NCBI GenBank assembly: GCA_051362555.1
Contig: JBPQGU010000013.1
Span: 434,001-498,000, forward strand
DNA length: 64,000 bases
Direction: 5' to 3'
From: Lingula anatina
Lineage: Eukaryota > Animalia > Brachiopoda
In this document: positions 12,201 to 27,049 of the stretch, piece by piece
Position numbering within the stretch: position 1 is the first letter of the stretch
Layout: every line of letters starts with the position of its first letter
Notes under the pieces: generated by a model
What the model saw: the letters and a program-made list of their open reading frames with translations, nothing else
The model's database searches: none
Told to the model about the DNA's origin: nothing
Translations under genes and position numbers: made by a program

Positions 12201-15200
12201 GACGGGTCGATTTTTGGTGATTTTGAGTGATTTTGAACAGTGCCGGCACTGTGAGATTTCTTCAATTTTGGCCAGGTAGGGATGAAAATTTTTTTTCTTC
12301 ATTATAGTGTCAGGTAGGTGTGTTCGGTCATTTGTAGTAAGAATAAAGTGCTGGAAGAGTGGTGGTGTCAACATTAAGGAAGAAATAGAGCAAAAACTCT
12401 CTCTCCCCCCCCCCCTCTCAGATTCTGTTCTCAGAGCTTATTTTTGGATCATCTTTAAAGCTAGAATTGGGGGCCTTGATGAAGTGACCCGGGCGCGTTT
12501 CCACATTTTTTATGAATGACAGGTGTGGTAGATTGATTTTCCTCACTTTTTGGAAAAATCGGAGACGGGTCGATTTTTGGTGATTTTGAGTGATTTTGAA
12601 CAGTGCCGGCACTGTGAGATTTCTTCAATTTTGGCCAGGTAGGGATGAAAATTTTTTTTCTTCATTATAGTGTCAGGTAGGTGTGTTCGGTCATTTGTAG
12701 TAAGAATAAAGTGCTGGAAGAGTGGTGGTGTCAACATTAAGGAAGAAATAGAGCAAAAACTCTCTCTCCCCCCCCCCCTCTCAGATTCTGTTCTCAGAGC
12801 TTATTTTTGGATCATCTTTAAAGCTAGAATTGGGGGCCTTGATGAAGTGACCCGGGCGCGTTTCCACATTTTTTATGAATGACAGGTGTGGTAGATTGAT
12901 TTTCCTCACTTTTTGGAAAAATCGGAGACGGGTCGATTTTTGGTGATTTTGAGTGATTTTGAACAGTGCCGGCACTGTGAGATTTCTTCAATTTTGGCCA
13001 GGTAGGGATGAAAATTTTTTTTCTTCATTATAGTGTCAGGTAGGTGTGTTCGGTCATTTGTAGTAAGAATAAAGTGCTGGAAGAGTGGTGGTGTCAACAT
13101 TAAGGAAGAAATAGAGCAAAAACTCTCTCTCCCCCCCCCCCTCTCAGATTCTGTTCTCAGAGCTTATTTTTGGATCATCTTTAAAGCTAGAATTGGGGGC
13201 CTTGATGAAGTGACCCGGGCGCGTTTCCACATTTTTTATGAATGACAGGTGTGGTAGATTGATTTTCCTCACTTTTTGGAAAAATCGGAGACGGGTCGAT
13301 TTTTGGTGATTTTGAGTGATTTTGAACAGTGCCGGCACTGTGAGATTTCTTCAATTTTGGCCAGGTAGGGATGAAAATTTTTTTTCTTCATTATAGTGTC
13401 AGGTAGGTGTGTTCGGTCATTTGTAGTAAGAATAAAGTGCTGGAAGAGTGGTGGTGTCAACATTAAGGAAGAAATAGAGCAAAAACTCTCTCTCCCCCCC
13501 CCCCTCTCAGATTCTGTTCTCAGAGCTTATTTTTGGATCATCTTTAAAGCTAGAATTGGGGGCCTTGATGAAGTGACCCGGGCGCGTTTCCACATTTTTT
13601 ATGAATGACAGGTGTGGTAGATTGATTTTCCTCACTTTTTGGAAAAATCGGAGACGGGTCGATTTTTGGTGATTTTGAGTGATTTTGAACAGTGCCGGCA
13701 CTGTGAGATTTCTTCAATTTTGGCCAGGTAGGGATGAAAATTTTTTTTCTTCATTATAGTGTCAGGTAGGTGTGTTCGGTCATTTGTAGTAAGAATAAAG
13801 TGCTGGAAGAGTGGTGGTGTCAACATTAAGGAAGAAATAGAGCAAAAACTCTCTCTCCCCCCCCCCCTCTCAGATTCTGTTCTCAGAGCTTATTTTTGGA
13901 TCATCTTTAAAGCTAGAATTGGGGGCCTTGATGAAGTGACCCGGGCGCGTTTCCACATTTTTTATGAATGACAGGTGTGGTAGATTGATTTTCCTCACTT
14001 TTTGGAAAAATCGGAGACGGGTCGATTTTTGGTGATTTTGAGTGATTTTGAACAGTGCCGGCACTGTGAGATTTCTTCAATTTTGGCCAGGTAGGGATGA
14101 AAATTTTTTTTCTTCATTATAGTGTCAGGTAGGTGTGTTCGGTCATTTGTAGTAAGAATAAAGTGCTGGAAGAGTGGTGGTGTCAACATTAAGGAAGAAA
14201 TAGAGCAAAAACTCTCTCTCCCCCCCCCCCTCTCAGATTCTGTTCTCAGAGCTTATTTTTGGATCATCTTTAAAGCTAGAATTGGGGGCCTTGATGAAGT
14301 GACCCGGGCGCGTTTCCACATTTTTTATGAATGACAGGTGTGGTAGATTGATTTTCCTCACTTTTTGGAAAAATCGGAGACGGGTCGATTTTTGGTGATT
14401 TTGAGTGATTTTGAACAGTGCCGGCACTGTGAGATTTCTTCAATTTTGGCCAGGTAGGGATGAAAATTTTTTTTCTTCATTATAGTGTCAGGTAGGTGTG
14501 TTCGGTCATTTGTAGTAAGAATAAAGTGCTGGAAGAGTGGTGGTGTCAACATTAAGGAAGAAATAGAGCAAAAACTCTCTCTCCCCCCCCCCCTCTCAGA
14601 TTCTGTTCTCAGAGCTTATTTTTGGATCATCTTTAAAGCTAGAATTGGGGGCCTTGATGAAGTGACCCGGGCGCGTTTCCACATTTTTTATGAATGACAG
14701 GTGTGGTAGATTGATTTTCCTCACTTTTTGGAAAAATCGGAGACGGGTCGATTTTTGGTGATTTTGAGTGATTTTGAACAGTGCCGGCACTGTGAGATTT
14801 CTTCAATTTTGGCCAGGTAGGGATGAAAATTTTTTTTCTTCATTATAGTGTCAGGTAGGTGTGTTCGGTCATTTGTAGTAAGAATAAAGTGCTGGAAGAG
14901 TGGTGGTGTCAACATTAAGGAAGAAATAGAGCAAAAACTCTCTCTCCCCCCCCCCCTCTCAGATTCTGTTCTCAGAGCTTATTTTTGGATCATCTTTAAA
15001 GCTAGAATTGGGGGCCTTGATGAAGTGACCCGGGCGCGTTTCCACATTTTTTATGAATGACAGGTGTGGTAGATTGATTTTCCTCACTTTTTGGAAAAAT
15101 CGGAGACGGGTCGATTTTTGGTGATTTTGAGTGATTTTGAACAGTGCCGGCACTGTGAGATTTCTTCAATTTTGGCCAGGTAGGGATGAAAATTTTTTTT

Positions 15201-18200
15201 CTTCATTATAGTGTCAGGTAGGTGTGTTCGGTCATTTGTAGTAAGAATAAAGTGCTGGAAGAGTGGTGGTGTCAACATTAAGGAAGAAATAGAGCAAAAA
15301 CTCTCTCTCCCCCCCCCCTCTCAGATTCTGTTCTCAGAGCTTATTTTTGGATCATCTTTAAAGCTAGAATTGGGGGCCTTGATGAAGTGACCCGGGCGCG
15401 TTTCCACATTTTTTATGAATGACAGGTGTGGTAGATTGATTTTCCTCACTTTTTGGAAAAATCGGAGACGGGTCGATTTTTGGTGATTTTGAGTGATTTT
15501 GAACAGTGCCGGCACTGTGAGATTTCTTCAATTTTGGCCAGGTAGGGATGAAAATTTTTTTTCTTCATTATAGTGTCAGGTAGGTGTGTTCGGTCATTTG
15601 TAGTAAGAATAAAGTGCTGGAAGAGTGGTGGTGTTAACATTAAGGAAGAAATAGAGCAAAAACTCTCTCTCCCCCCCCCCCTCTCAGATTCTGTTCTCAG
15701 AGCTTATTTTTGGATCATCTTTAAAGCTAGAATTGGGGGCCTTGATGAAGTGACCCGGGCGCGTTTCCACATTTTTTATGAATGACAGGTGTGGTAGATT
15801 GATTTTCCTCACTTTTTGGAAAAATCGGAGACGGGTCGATTTTTGGTGATTTTGAGTGATTTTGAACAGTGCCGGCACTGTGAGATTTCTTCAATTTTGG
15901 CCAGGTAGGGATGAAAATTTTTTTTCTTCATTATAGTGTCAGGTAGGTGTGTTCGGTCATTTGTAGTAAGAATAAAGTGCTGGAAAAGTGGTGGTGTCAA
16001 CATTAAGGAAGAAATAGAGCAAAAACTCTCTCTCCCCCCCCCCCTCTCAGATTCTGTTCTCAGAGCTTATTTTTGGATCATCTTTAAAGCTAGAATTGGG
16101 GGCCTTGATGAAGTGACCCGGGCGCGTTTCCACATTTTTTATGAATGACAGGTGTGGTAGATTGATTTTCCTCACTTTTTGGAAAAATCGGAGACGGGTC
16201 GATTTTTGGTGATTTTGAGTGATTTTGAACAGTGCCGGCACTGTGAGATTTCTTCAATTTTGGCCAGGTAGGGATGAAAATTTTTTTTCTTCATTATAGT
16301 GTCAGGTAGGTGTGTTCGGTCATTTGTAGTAAGAATAAAGTGCTGGAAGAGTGGTGGTGTCAACATTAAGGAAGAAATAGAGCAAAAACTCTCTCTCCCC
16401 CCCCCCCCCCCCCTCTCAGATTCTGTTCTCAGAGCTTATTTTTGGATCATCTTTAAAGCTAGAATTGGGGGCCTTGATTAAGTGACCCGGGCGCGTTTCC
16501 ACATTTTTTATGAATGACAGGTGTGGTAGATTGATTTTCCTCACTTTTTGGAAAAATCGGAGACGGGTCGATTTTTGGTGATTTTGAGTGATTTTGAACA
16601 GTGCCGGCACTGTGAGATTTCTTCAATTTTGGCCAGGTAGGGATGAAAAATTTTTTTCTTCATTATAGTGTCAGGTAGGTGTGTTCGGTCATTTGTAGTA
16701 AGAATAAAGTGCTGGAAGAGTGGTGGTGTCAACATTAAGGAAGAAATAGAGCAAAAACTCTCTCTCCCCCCCCCCCCTCTCAGATTCTGTTCTCAGAGCT
16801 TATTTTTGGATCATCTTTAAAGCTAGAATTGGGGGCCTTGATGAAGTGACCCGGGCGCGTTTCCACATTTTTTATGAATGACAGGTGTGGTAGATTGATT
16901 TTCCTCACTTTTTGGAAAAATCGGAGACGGGTCGATTTTTGGTGATTTTGAGTGATTTTGAACAGTGCCGGCACTGTGAGATTTCTTCAATTTTGGCCAG
17001 GTAGGGATGAAAATTTTTTTTCTTCATTATAGTGTCAGGTAGGTGTGTTCGGTCATTTGTAGTAAGAATAAAGTGCTGGAAGAGTGGTGGTGTCAACATT
17101 AAGGAAGAAATAGAGCAAAAACTCTCTCTCCCCCCCCCCCCTCTCAGATTCTGTTCTCAGAGCTTATTTTTGGATCATCTTTAAAGCTAGAATTGGGGGC
17201 CTTGATGAAGTGACCCGGGCGCGTTTCCACATTTTTTATGAATGACAGGTGTGGTAGATTGATTTTCCTCACTTTTTGGAAAAATCGGAGACGGGTCGAT
17301 TTTTGGTGATTTTGAGTGATTTTGAACAGTGCCGGCACTGTGAGATTTCTTCAGTTTTGGCCAGGTAGGGATGAAAATTTTTTTTCTTCATTATAGTGTC
17401 AGGTAGGTGTGTTCGGTCATTTGTAGTAAGAATAAAGTGCTGGAAGAGTGGTGGTGTCAACATTAAGGAAGAAATAGAGCAAAAACTCTCTCTCCCCCCC
17501 CCCCTCTCAGATTCTGTTCTCAGAGCTTATTTTTGGATCATCTTTAAAGCTAGAATTGGGGGCCTTGATGAAGTGACCCGGGCGCGTTTCCACATTTTTT
17601 ATGAATGACAGGTGTGGTAGATTGATTTTCCTCACTTTTTGGAAAAATCGGAGACGGGTCGATTTTTGGTGATTTTGAGTGATTTTGAACAGTGCCGGCA
17701 CTGTGAGATTTCTTCAATTTTGGCCAGGTAGGGATGAAAATTTTTTTTCTTCATTATAGTGTCAGGTAGGTGTGTTCGGTCATTTGTAGTAAGAATAAAG
17801 TGCTGGAAGAGTGGTGGTGTCAACATTAAGGAAGAAATAGAGCAAAAACTCTCTCTCCCCCCCCCCCCTCTCAGATTCTGTTCTCAGAGCTTATTTTTGG
17901 ATCATCTTTAAAGCTAGAATTGCGGGCCTTGATGAAGTGACCCGGGCGCGTTTCCACATTTTTTATGAATGACAGGTGTGGTAGATTGATTTTCCTCACT
18001 TTTTGGAAAAATCGGAGACGGGTCGATTTTTGGTGATTTTGAGTGATTTTGAACAGTGCCGGCACTGTGAGATTTCTTCAATTTTGGCCAGGTAGGGATG
18101 AAAATTTTTTTTCTTCATTATAGTGTCAGGTAGGTGTGTTCGGTCATTTGTAGTAAGAATAAAGTGCTGGAAGAGTGGTGGTGTCAACATTAAGGAAGAA

Positions 18201-21200
18201 ATAGAGCAAAAACTCTCTCTCCCCCCCCCCCTCTCAGATTCTGTTCTCAGAGCTTATTTTTGGATCATCTTTAAAGCTAGAATTGGGGGCCTTGATGAAG
18301 TGACCCGGGCGCGTTTCCACATTTTTTATGAATGACAGGTGTGGTAGATTGATTTTCCTCACTTTTTGGAAAAATCGGAGACGGGTCGATTTTTGGTGAT
18401 TTTGAGTGATTTTGAACAGTGCCGGCACTGTGAGATTTCTTCAATTTTGGCCAGGTAGGGATGAAAATTTTTTTTCTTCATTATAGTGTCAGGTAGGTGT
18501 GTTCGGTCATTTGTAGTAAGAATAAAGTGCTGGAAGAGTGGTGGTGTCAACATTAAGGAAGAAATAGAGCAAAAACTCTCTCTCCCCCCCCCCTCTCAGA
18601 TTCTGTTCTCAGAGCTTATTTTTGGATCATCTTTAAAGCTAGAATTGGGGGCCTTGATGAAGTGACCCGGGCGCGTTTCCACATTTTTTATGAATGACAG
18701 GTGTGGTAGATTGATTTTCCTCACTTTTTGGAAAAATCGGAGACGGGTCGATTTTTGGTGATTTTGAGTGATTTTGAACAGTGCCGGCACTGTGAGATTT
18801 CTTCAATTTTGGCCAGGTAGGGATGAAAATTTTTTTTCTTCATTATAGTGTCAGGTAGGTGTGTTCGGTCATTTGTAGTAAGAATAAAGTGCTGGAAGAG
18901 TGGTGGTGTCAACATTAAGGAAGAAATAGAGCAAAAACTCTCTCTCCCCCCCCCCCTCTCAGATTCTGTTCTCAGAGCTTATTTTTGGATCATCTTTAAA
19001 GCTAGAATTGGGGGCCTTGATGAAGTGACCCGGGCGCGTTTCCACATTTTTTATGAATGACAGGTGTGGTAGATTGATTTTCCTCACTTTTTGGAAAAAT
19101 CGGAGACGGGTCGATTTTTGGTGATTTTGAGTGATTTTGAACAGTGCCGGCACTGTGAGATTTCTTCAATTTTGGCCAGGTAGGGATGAAAATTTTTTTT
19201 CTTCATTATAGTGTCAGGTAGGTGTGTTCGGTCATTTGTAGTAAGAATAAAGTGCTGGAAGAGTGGTGGTGTCAACATTAAGGAAGAAATAGAGCAAAAA
19301 CTCTCTCTCCCCCCCCCCCTCTCAGATTCTGTTCTCAGAGCTTATTTTTGGATCATCTTTAAAGCTAGAATTGGGGGCCTTGATGAAGTGACCCGGGCGC
19401 GTTTCCACATTTTTTATGAATGACAGGTGTGGTAGATTGATTTTCCTCACTTTTTGGAAAAATCGGAGACGGGTCGATTTTTGGTGATTTTGAGTGATTT
19501 TGAACAGTGCCGGCACTGTGAGATTTCTTCAATTTTGGCCAGGTATGGATGAAAATTTTTTTTCTTCATTATAGTGTCAGGTAGGTGTGTTCGGTCATTT
19601 GTAGTAAGAATAAAGTGCTGGAAGAGTGGTGGTGTCAACATTAAGGAAGAAATAGAGCAAAAACTCTCTCTCCCCCCCCCCCCCTCTCAGATTCTGTTCT
19701 CAGAGCTTATTTTTGGATCATCTTTAAAGCTAGAATTGGGGGCCTTGATGAAGTGACCCGGGCGCGTTTCCACATTTTTTATGAATGACAGGTGTGGTAG
19801 ATTGATTTTCCTCACTTTTTGGAAAAATCGGAGACGGGTCGATTTTTGGTGATTTTGAGTGATTTTGAACAGTGCCGGCACTGTGAGATTTCTTCAATTT
19901 TGGCCAGGTAGGGATGAAAATTTTTTTTCTTCATTATAGTGTCAGGTAGGTGTGTTCGGTCATTTGTAGTAAGAATAAAGTGCTGGAAGAGTGGTGGTGT
20001 CAACATTAAGGAAGAAATAGAGCAAAAACTCTCTCTCCCCCCCCCCCTCTCAGATTCGATTCTGTTCTCAGAGCTTATTTTTGGATCATCTTTAAAGCTA
20101 GAATTGGGGGCCTTGATGAAGTGACCCGGGCGCGTTTCCACATTTTTTATGAATGACAGGTGTGGTAGATTGATTTTCCTCACTTTTTGGAAAAATCGGA
20201 GACGGGTCGATTTTTGGTGATTTTGAGTGATTTTGAACAGTGCCGGCACTGTGAGATTTCTTCAATTTTGGCCAGGTAGGGATGAAAATTTTTTTTCTTC
20301 ATTATAGTGTCAGGTAGGTGTGTTCGGTCATTTGTAGTAAGAATAAAGTGCTGGAAGAGTGGTGGTGTCAACATTAAGGAAGAAATAGAGCAAAAACTCT
20401 CTCTCCCCCCCCCCCTCTCAGATTCTGTTCTCAGAGCTTATTTTTGGATCATCTTTAAAGCTAGAATTGGGGGCCTTGATGAAGTGACCCGGGCGCGTTT
20501 CCACATTTTTTATGAATGACAGGTGTGGTAGATTGATTTTCCTCACTTTTTGGAAAAATCGGAGACGGGTCGATTTTTGGTGATTTTGAGTGATTTTGAA
20601 CAGTGCCGGCACTGTGAGATTTCTTCAATTTTGGCCAGGTAGGGATGAAAATTTTTTTTCTTCATTATAGTGTCAGGTAGGTGTGTTCGGTCATTTGTAG
20701 TAAGAATAAAGTGCTGGAAGAGTGGTGGTGTCAACATTAAGGAAGAAATAGAGCAAAAACTCTCTCTCCCCCCCCCCCTCTCAGATTCTGTTCTCAGAGC
20801 TTATTTTTGGATCATCTTTAAAGCTAGAATTGGGGGCCTTGATGAAGTGACCCGGGCGCGTTTCCACATTTTTTATGAATGACAGGTGTGGTAGATTGAT
20901 TTTCCTCACTTTTTGGAAAAATCGGAGACGGGTCGATTTTTGGTGATTTTGAGTGATTTTGAACAGTGCCGGCACTGTGAGATTTCTTCAATTTTGGCCA
21001 GGTAGGGATGAAAATTTTTTTTCTTCATTATAGTGTCAGGTAGGTGTGTTCGGTCATTTGTAGTAAGAATAAAGTGCTGGAAGATTGGTGGTGTCAACAT
21101 TAAGGAAGAAATAGAGCAAAAACTCTCTCTCCCCCCCCCCCTCTCAGATTCTGTTCTCAGAGCTTATTTTTGGATCATCTTTAAAGCTAGAATTGGGGGC

Positions 21201-24200
21201 CTTGATGAAGTGACCCGGGCGCGTTTCCACATTTTTTATGAATGACAGGTGTGGTAGATTGATTTTCCTCACTTTTTGGAAAAATCGGAGACGGGTCGAT
21301 TTTTGGTGATTTTGAGTGATTTTGAACAGTGCCGGCACTGTGAGATTTCTTCAATTTTGGCCAGGTAGGGATGAAAATTTTTTTTCTTCATTATAGTGTC
21401 AGGTAGGTGTGTTCGGTCATTTGTAGTAAGAATAAAGTGCTGGAAGAGTGGTGGTGTCAACATTAAGGAAGAAATAGAGCAAAAACTCTCTCTCCCCCCC
21501 CCCTCTCAGATTCTGTTCTCAGAGCTTATTTTTGGATCATCTTTAAAGCTAGAATTGGGGGCCTTGATGAAGTGACCCGGGCGCGTTTCCACATTTTTTA
21601 TGAATGACAGGTGTGGTAGATTGATTTTCCTCACTTTTTGGAAAAATCGGAGACGGGTCGATTTTTGGTGATTATGAGTGATTTTGAACAGTGCCGGCAC
21701 TGTGAGATTTCTTCAATTTTGGCCAGGTAGGGATGAAAATTTTTTTTCTTCATTATAGTGTCAGGTAGGTGTGTTCGGTCATTTGTAGTAAGAATAAAGT
21801 GCTGGAAGAGTGGTGGTGTCAACATTAAGGAAGAAATAGAGCAAAAACTCTCTCTCCCCCCTCCCCTCTCAGATTCTGTTCTCAGAGCTTATTTTTGGAT
21901 CATCTTTAAAGCTAGAATTGGGGGCCTTGATGAAGTGACCCGGGCGCGTTTCCACATTTTTTATGAATGACAGGTGTGGTAGATTGATTTTCCTCACTTT
22001 TTGGAAAAATCGGAGATGGGTCGATTTTTGGTGATTTTGAGTGATTGTGAACAGTGCCGGCACTGTGAGATTTCTTCAATTTTGGCCAGGTAGGGATGAA
22101 AATTTTTTTTCTTCATTATAGTGTCAGGTAGGTGTGTTCGGTCATTTGTAGTAAGAATAAAGTGCTGGAAGAGTGGTGGTGTCAACATTAAGGAAGAAAT
22201 AGAGCAAAAACTCTCTCTCCCCCCCCCCTCTCAGATTCTGTTCTCAGAGCTTATTTTTGGATCATCTTTAAAGCTAGAATTGGGGGCCTTGATGAAGTGA
22301 CCCGGGCGCGTTTCCACATTTTTTATGAATGACAGGTGTGGTAGATTGATTTTCCTCACTTTTTGGAAAAATCGGAGACGGGTCGATTTTTGGTGATTTT
22401 GAGTGATTTTGAACAGTGCCGGCACTGTGAGATTTCTTCAATTTTGGCCAGGTAGGGATGAAAATTTTTTTTCTTCATTATAGTGTCAGGTAGGTGTGTT
22501 CGGTCATTTGTAGTAAGAATAAAGTGCTGGAAGAGTGGTGGTGTCAACATTAAGGAAGAAATAGAGCAAAAACTCTCTCTCCCCCCCCCTCTCAGATTCT
22601 GTTCTCAGAGCTTATTTTTGGATCATCTTTAAAGCTAGAATTGGGGGCCTTGATGAAGTGACCCGGGCGCGTTTCCACATTTTTTATGAATGACAGGTGT
22701 GGTAGATTGATTTTCCTCACTTTTTGGAAAAATCGGAGACGGGTCGATTTTTGGTGATTTTGAGTGATTTTGAACAGTGCCGGCACTGTGAGATTTCTTC
22801 AATTTTGGCCAGGTAGGGATGAAAATTTTTTTCTTCATTATAGTGTCAGGTAGGTGTGTTCGGTCATTTGTAGTAAGAATAAAGTGCTGGAAGAGTGGTG
22901 GTGTCAACATTAAGGAAGAAATAGAGCAAAAACTCTCTCTCCCCCCCCCCCTCTCAGATTCTGTTCTCAGAGCTTATTTTTGGATCATCTTTAAAGCTAG
23001 AATTGGGGGCCTTGATGAAGTGACCCGGGCGCGTTTCCACATTTTTTATGAATGACAGGTGTGGTAGATTGATTTTCCTCACTTTTTGGAAAAATCGGAG
23101 ACGGGTCGATTTTTGGTGATTTTGAGTGATTTTGAACAGTGCCGGCACTGTGAGATTTCTTCAATTTTGGCCAGGTAGGGATGAAAATTTTTTTTCTTCA
23201 TTATAGTGTCAGGTAGGTGTGTTCGGTCATTTGTAGTAAGAATAAAGTGCTGGAAGAGTGGTGGTGTCAACATTAAGGAAGAAATAGAGCAAAAACTCTC
23301 TCTCCCCCCCCCCTCTCAGATTCTGTTCTCAGAGCTTATTTTTGGATCATCTTTAAAGCTAGAATTGGGGGCCTTGATGAAGTGACCCGGGCGCGTTTCC
23401 ACATTTTTTATGAATGACAGGTGTGGTAGATTGATTTTCCTCACTTTTTGGAAAAATCGGAGACGGGTCGATTTTTGGTGATTTTGAGTGATTTTGAACA
23501 GTGCCGGCACTGTGAGATTTCTTCAATTTTGGCCAGGTAGGGATGAAAATTTTTTTTCTTCATTATAGTGTCAGGTAGGTGTGTTCGGTCATTTGTAGTA
23601 AGAATAAAGTGCTGGAAGAGTGGTGGTGTCAACATTAAGGAAGAAATAGAGCAAAAACTCTCTCTCCCCCCCCCCCCTCTCAGATTCTGTTCTCAGAGCT
23701 TATTTTTGGATCATCTTTAAAGCTAGAATTGGGGGCCTTGATGAAGTGACCCGGGTGCGTTTCCACATTTTTTATGAATGACAGGTGTGGTAGATTGATT
23801 TTCCTCACTTTTTGGAAAAATCGGAGACGGGTCGATTTTTGGTGATTTTGAGTGATTTTGAACAGTGCCGGCACTGTGAGATTTCTTCAATTTTGGCCAG
23901 GTAGGGATGAAAATTTTTTTTCTTCATTATAGTGTCAGGTAGGTGTGTTCGGTCATTTGTAGTAAGAATAAAGTGCTGGAAGAGTGGTGGTGTCAACATT
24001 AAGGAAGAAATAGAGCAAAAACTCTCTCTCCCCCCCCCCCTCTCAGATTCTGTTCTCAGAGCTTATTTTTGGATCATCTTTAAAGCTAGAATTGGGGGCC
24101 TTGATGAAGTGACCCGGGCACGTTTCCACATTTTTTATGAATGACAGGTGTGGTAGATTGATTTTCCTCACTTTTTGGAAAAATCGGAGACGGGTCGATT

Positions 24201-27049
24201 TTTGGTGATTTTGAGTGATTTTGAACAGTGCCGGCACTGTGAGATTTCTTCAATTTTGGCCAGGTAGGGATGAAAATTTTTTTTCTTCATTATAGTGTCA
24301 GGTAGGTGTGTTCGGTCATTTGTAGTAAGAATAAAGTGCTGGAAGAGTGGTGGTGTCAACATTAAGGAAGAAATAGAGCAAAATCTCTCTCTCCCCCCCC
24401 CCCCCCTCTCAGATTCTGTTCTCAGAGCTTATTTTTGGATCATCTTTAAAGCTAGAATTGGGGGCCTTGATGAAGTGACCCGGGCGCGTTTCCACATTTT
24501 TTATGAATGACAGGTGTGGTAGATTGATTTTCCTCACTTTTTGGAAAAATCGGAGACGGGTCGATTTTTGGTGATTTTGAGTGATTTTGAACAGTGCCGG
24601 CACTGTGAGATTTCTTCAATTTTGGCCAGGTAGGGATGAAAATTTTTTTTCTTCATTATAGTGTCAGGTAGGTGTGTTCGGTCATTTGTAGTAAGAATAA
24701 AGTGCTGGAAGAGTGGTGGTGTCAACATTAAGGAAGAAATAGAGCAAAAACTCTCTCTCCCCCCCCCCTCTCAGATTCTGTTCTCAGAGCTTATTTTTGG
24801 ATCATCTTTAAAGCTAGAATTGGGGGCCTTGATGAAGTGACCCAGGCACGTTTCCACATTTTTTATGAATGACAGGTGTGGTAGATTGATTTTCCTCACT
24901 TTTTGGAAAAATCGGAGACGGGTCGATTTTTGGTGATTTTGAGTGATTTTGAACAGTGCCGGCACTGTGAGATTTCTTCAATTTTGGCCAGGTAGGGATG
25001 AAAATTTTTTTTCTTCATTATAGTGTCAGGTAGGTGTGTTCGGTCATTTGTAGTAAGAATAAAGTGCTGGAAGAGTGGTGGTGTCAACATTAAGGAAGAA
25101 ATAAAGCAAAAACTCTCTCTCCCCCCCCCCCTCTCAGATTCTGTTCTCAGAGCTTATTTTTGGATCATCTTTAAAGCTAGAATTGGGGGCCTTGATGAAG
25201 TGACCCGGGCGCGTTTCCACATTTTTTATGAATGACAGGTGTGGTAGATTGATTTTCCTCACTTTTTGGAAAAATCGGAGACGGGTCGATTTTTGGTGAT
25301 TTTGAGTGATTTTGAACAGTGCCGGCACTGTGAGATTTCTTCAATTTTGGCCAGGTAGGGATGAAAATTTTTTTTCTTCATTATAGTGTCAGGTAGGTGT
25401 GTTCGGTCATTTGTAGTAAGAATAAAGTGCTGGAAGAGTGGTGGTGTCAACATTAAGGAAGAAATAGAGCAAAAACTCTCTCTCCCCCCCCCTCTCAGAT
25501 TCTGTTCTCAGAGCTTATTTTTGGATCATCTTTAAAGCTAGAATTGGGGGCCTTGATGAAGTGACCCGTGCACGTTTCCACATTTTTTATGAATGACAGG
25601 TGTGGTAGATTGATTTTCCTCACTTTTTGGAAAAATCGGAGACGGGTCGATTTTTGGTGATTTTGAGTGATTTTGAACAGTGCCGGCACTGTGAGATTTC
25701 TTCAATTTTGGCCAGGTAGGGATGAAAATTTTTTTTCTTCATTATAGTGTCAGGTAGGTGTGTTCGGTCATTTGTAGTAAGAATAAAGTGCTGGAAGAGT
25801 GGTGGTGTCAACATTAAGGAAGAAATAGAGCAAAAACTCTCTCTCCCCCCCCCCTCTCAGATTCTGTTCTCAGAGCTTATTTTTGGATCATCTTTAAAGC
25901 TAGAATTGGGGGCCTTGATGAAGTGACCCGGGCGCGTTTCCACATTTTTTATGAATGACAGGTGTGGTAGATTGATTTTCCTCACTTTTTGGAAAAATCG
26001 GAGACGGGTCGATTTTTGGTGATTTTGAGTGATTTTGAACAGTGCCGGCACTGTGAGATTTCTTCAATTTTGGCCAGGTAGGGATGAAAATTTTTTTTCT
26101 TCATTATAGTGTCAGGTAGGTGTGTTCGGTCATTTGTAGTAAGAATAAAGTGCTGGAAGAGTGGTGGTGTCAACATTAAGGAAGAAATAGAGCAAAAACT
26201 CTCTCTCCCCCCCCCCCCCCCCCTCTCAGATTCTGTTCTCAGAGCTTATTTTTGGATCATCTTTAAAGCTAGAATTGGGGGCCTTGATGAAGTGACCCGG
26301 GCGCGTTTCCACATTTTTTTATGAATGACAGGTGTGGTAGATTGATTTTCCTCACTTTTTGGAAAAATCGGAGACGGGTCGATTTTTGGTGATTTTGAGT
26401 GATTTTGAACAGTGCCGGCACTGTGAGATTTCTTCAATTTTGGCCAGGTAGGGATGAAAATTTTTTTTCTTCATTATAGTGTCAGGTAGGTGTGTTCGGT
26501 CATTTGTAGTAAGAATAAAGTGCTGGAAGAGTGGTGGTGTCAACATTAAGGAAGAAATAGAGCAAAAACTCTCTCTCCCCCCCCCCCCCCCCTCTCAGAT
26601 TCTGTTCTCAGAGCTTATTTTTGGATCATCTTTAAAGCTAGAATTGGGGGCCTTGATGAAGTGACCCGGGCGCGTTTCCACATTTTTTATGAATGACAGG
26701 TGTGGTAGATTGATTTTCCTCACTTTTTGGAAAAATCGGAGACGGGTCGATTTTTGGTGATTTTGAGTGATTTTGAACAGTTCCGGCACTGTGAGATTTC
26801 TTCAATTTTGGCCAGGTAGGGATGAAAATTTTTTTTCTTCATTATAGTGTCAGGTAGGTGTGTTCGGTCATTTGTAGTAAGAATAAAGTGCTGGAAGAGT
26901 GGTGGTGTCAACATTAAGGAAGAAATAGAGCAAAAACTCTCTCTCCCCCCCCCCCTCTCAGATTCTGTTCTCAGAGCTTATTTTTGGATCATCTTTAAAG
27001 CTAGAATTGGGGGCCTTGATGAAGTGACCCGGGCGCGTTTCCACATTTT

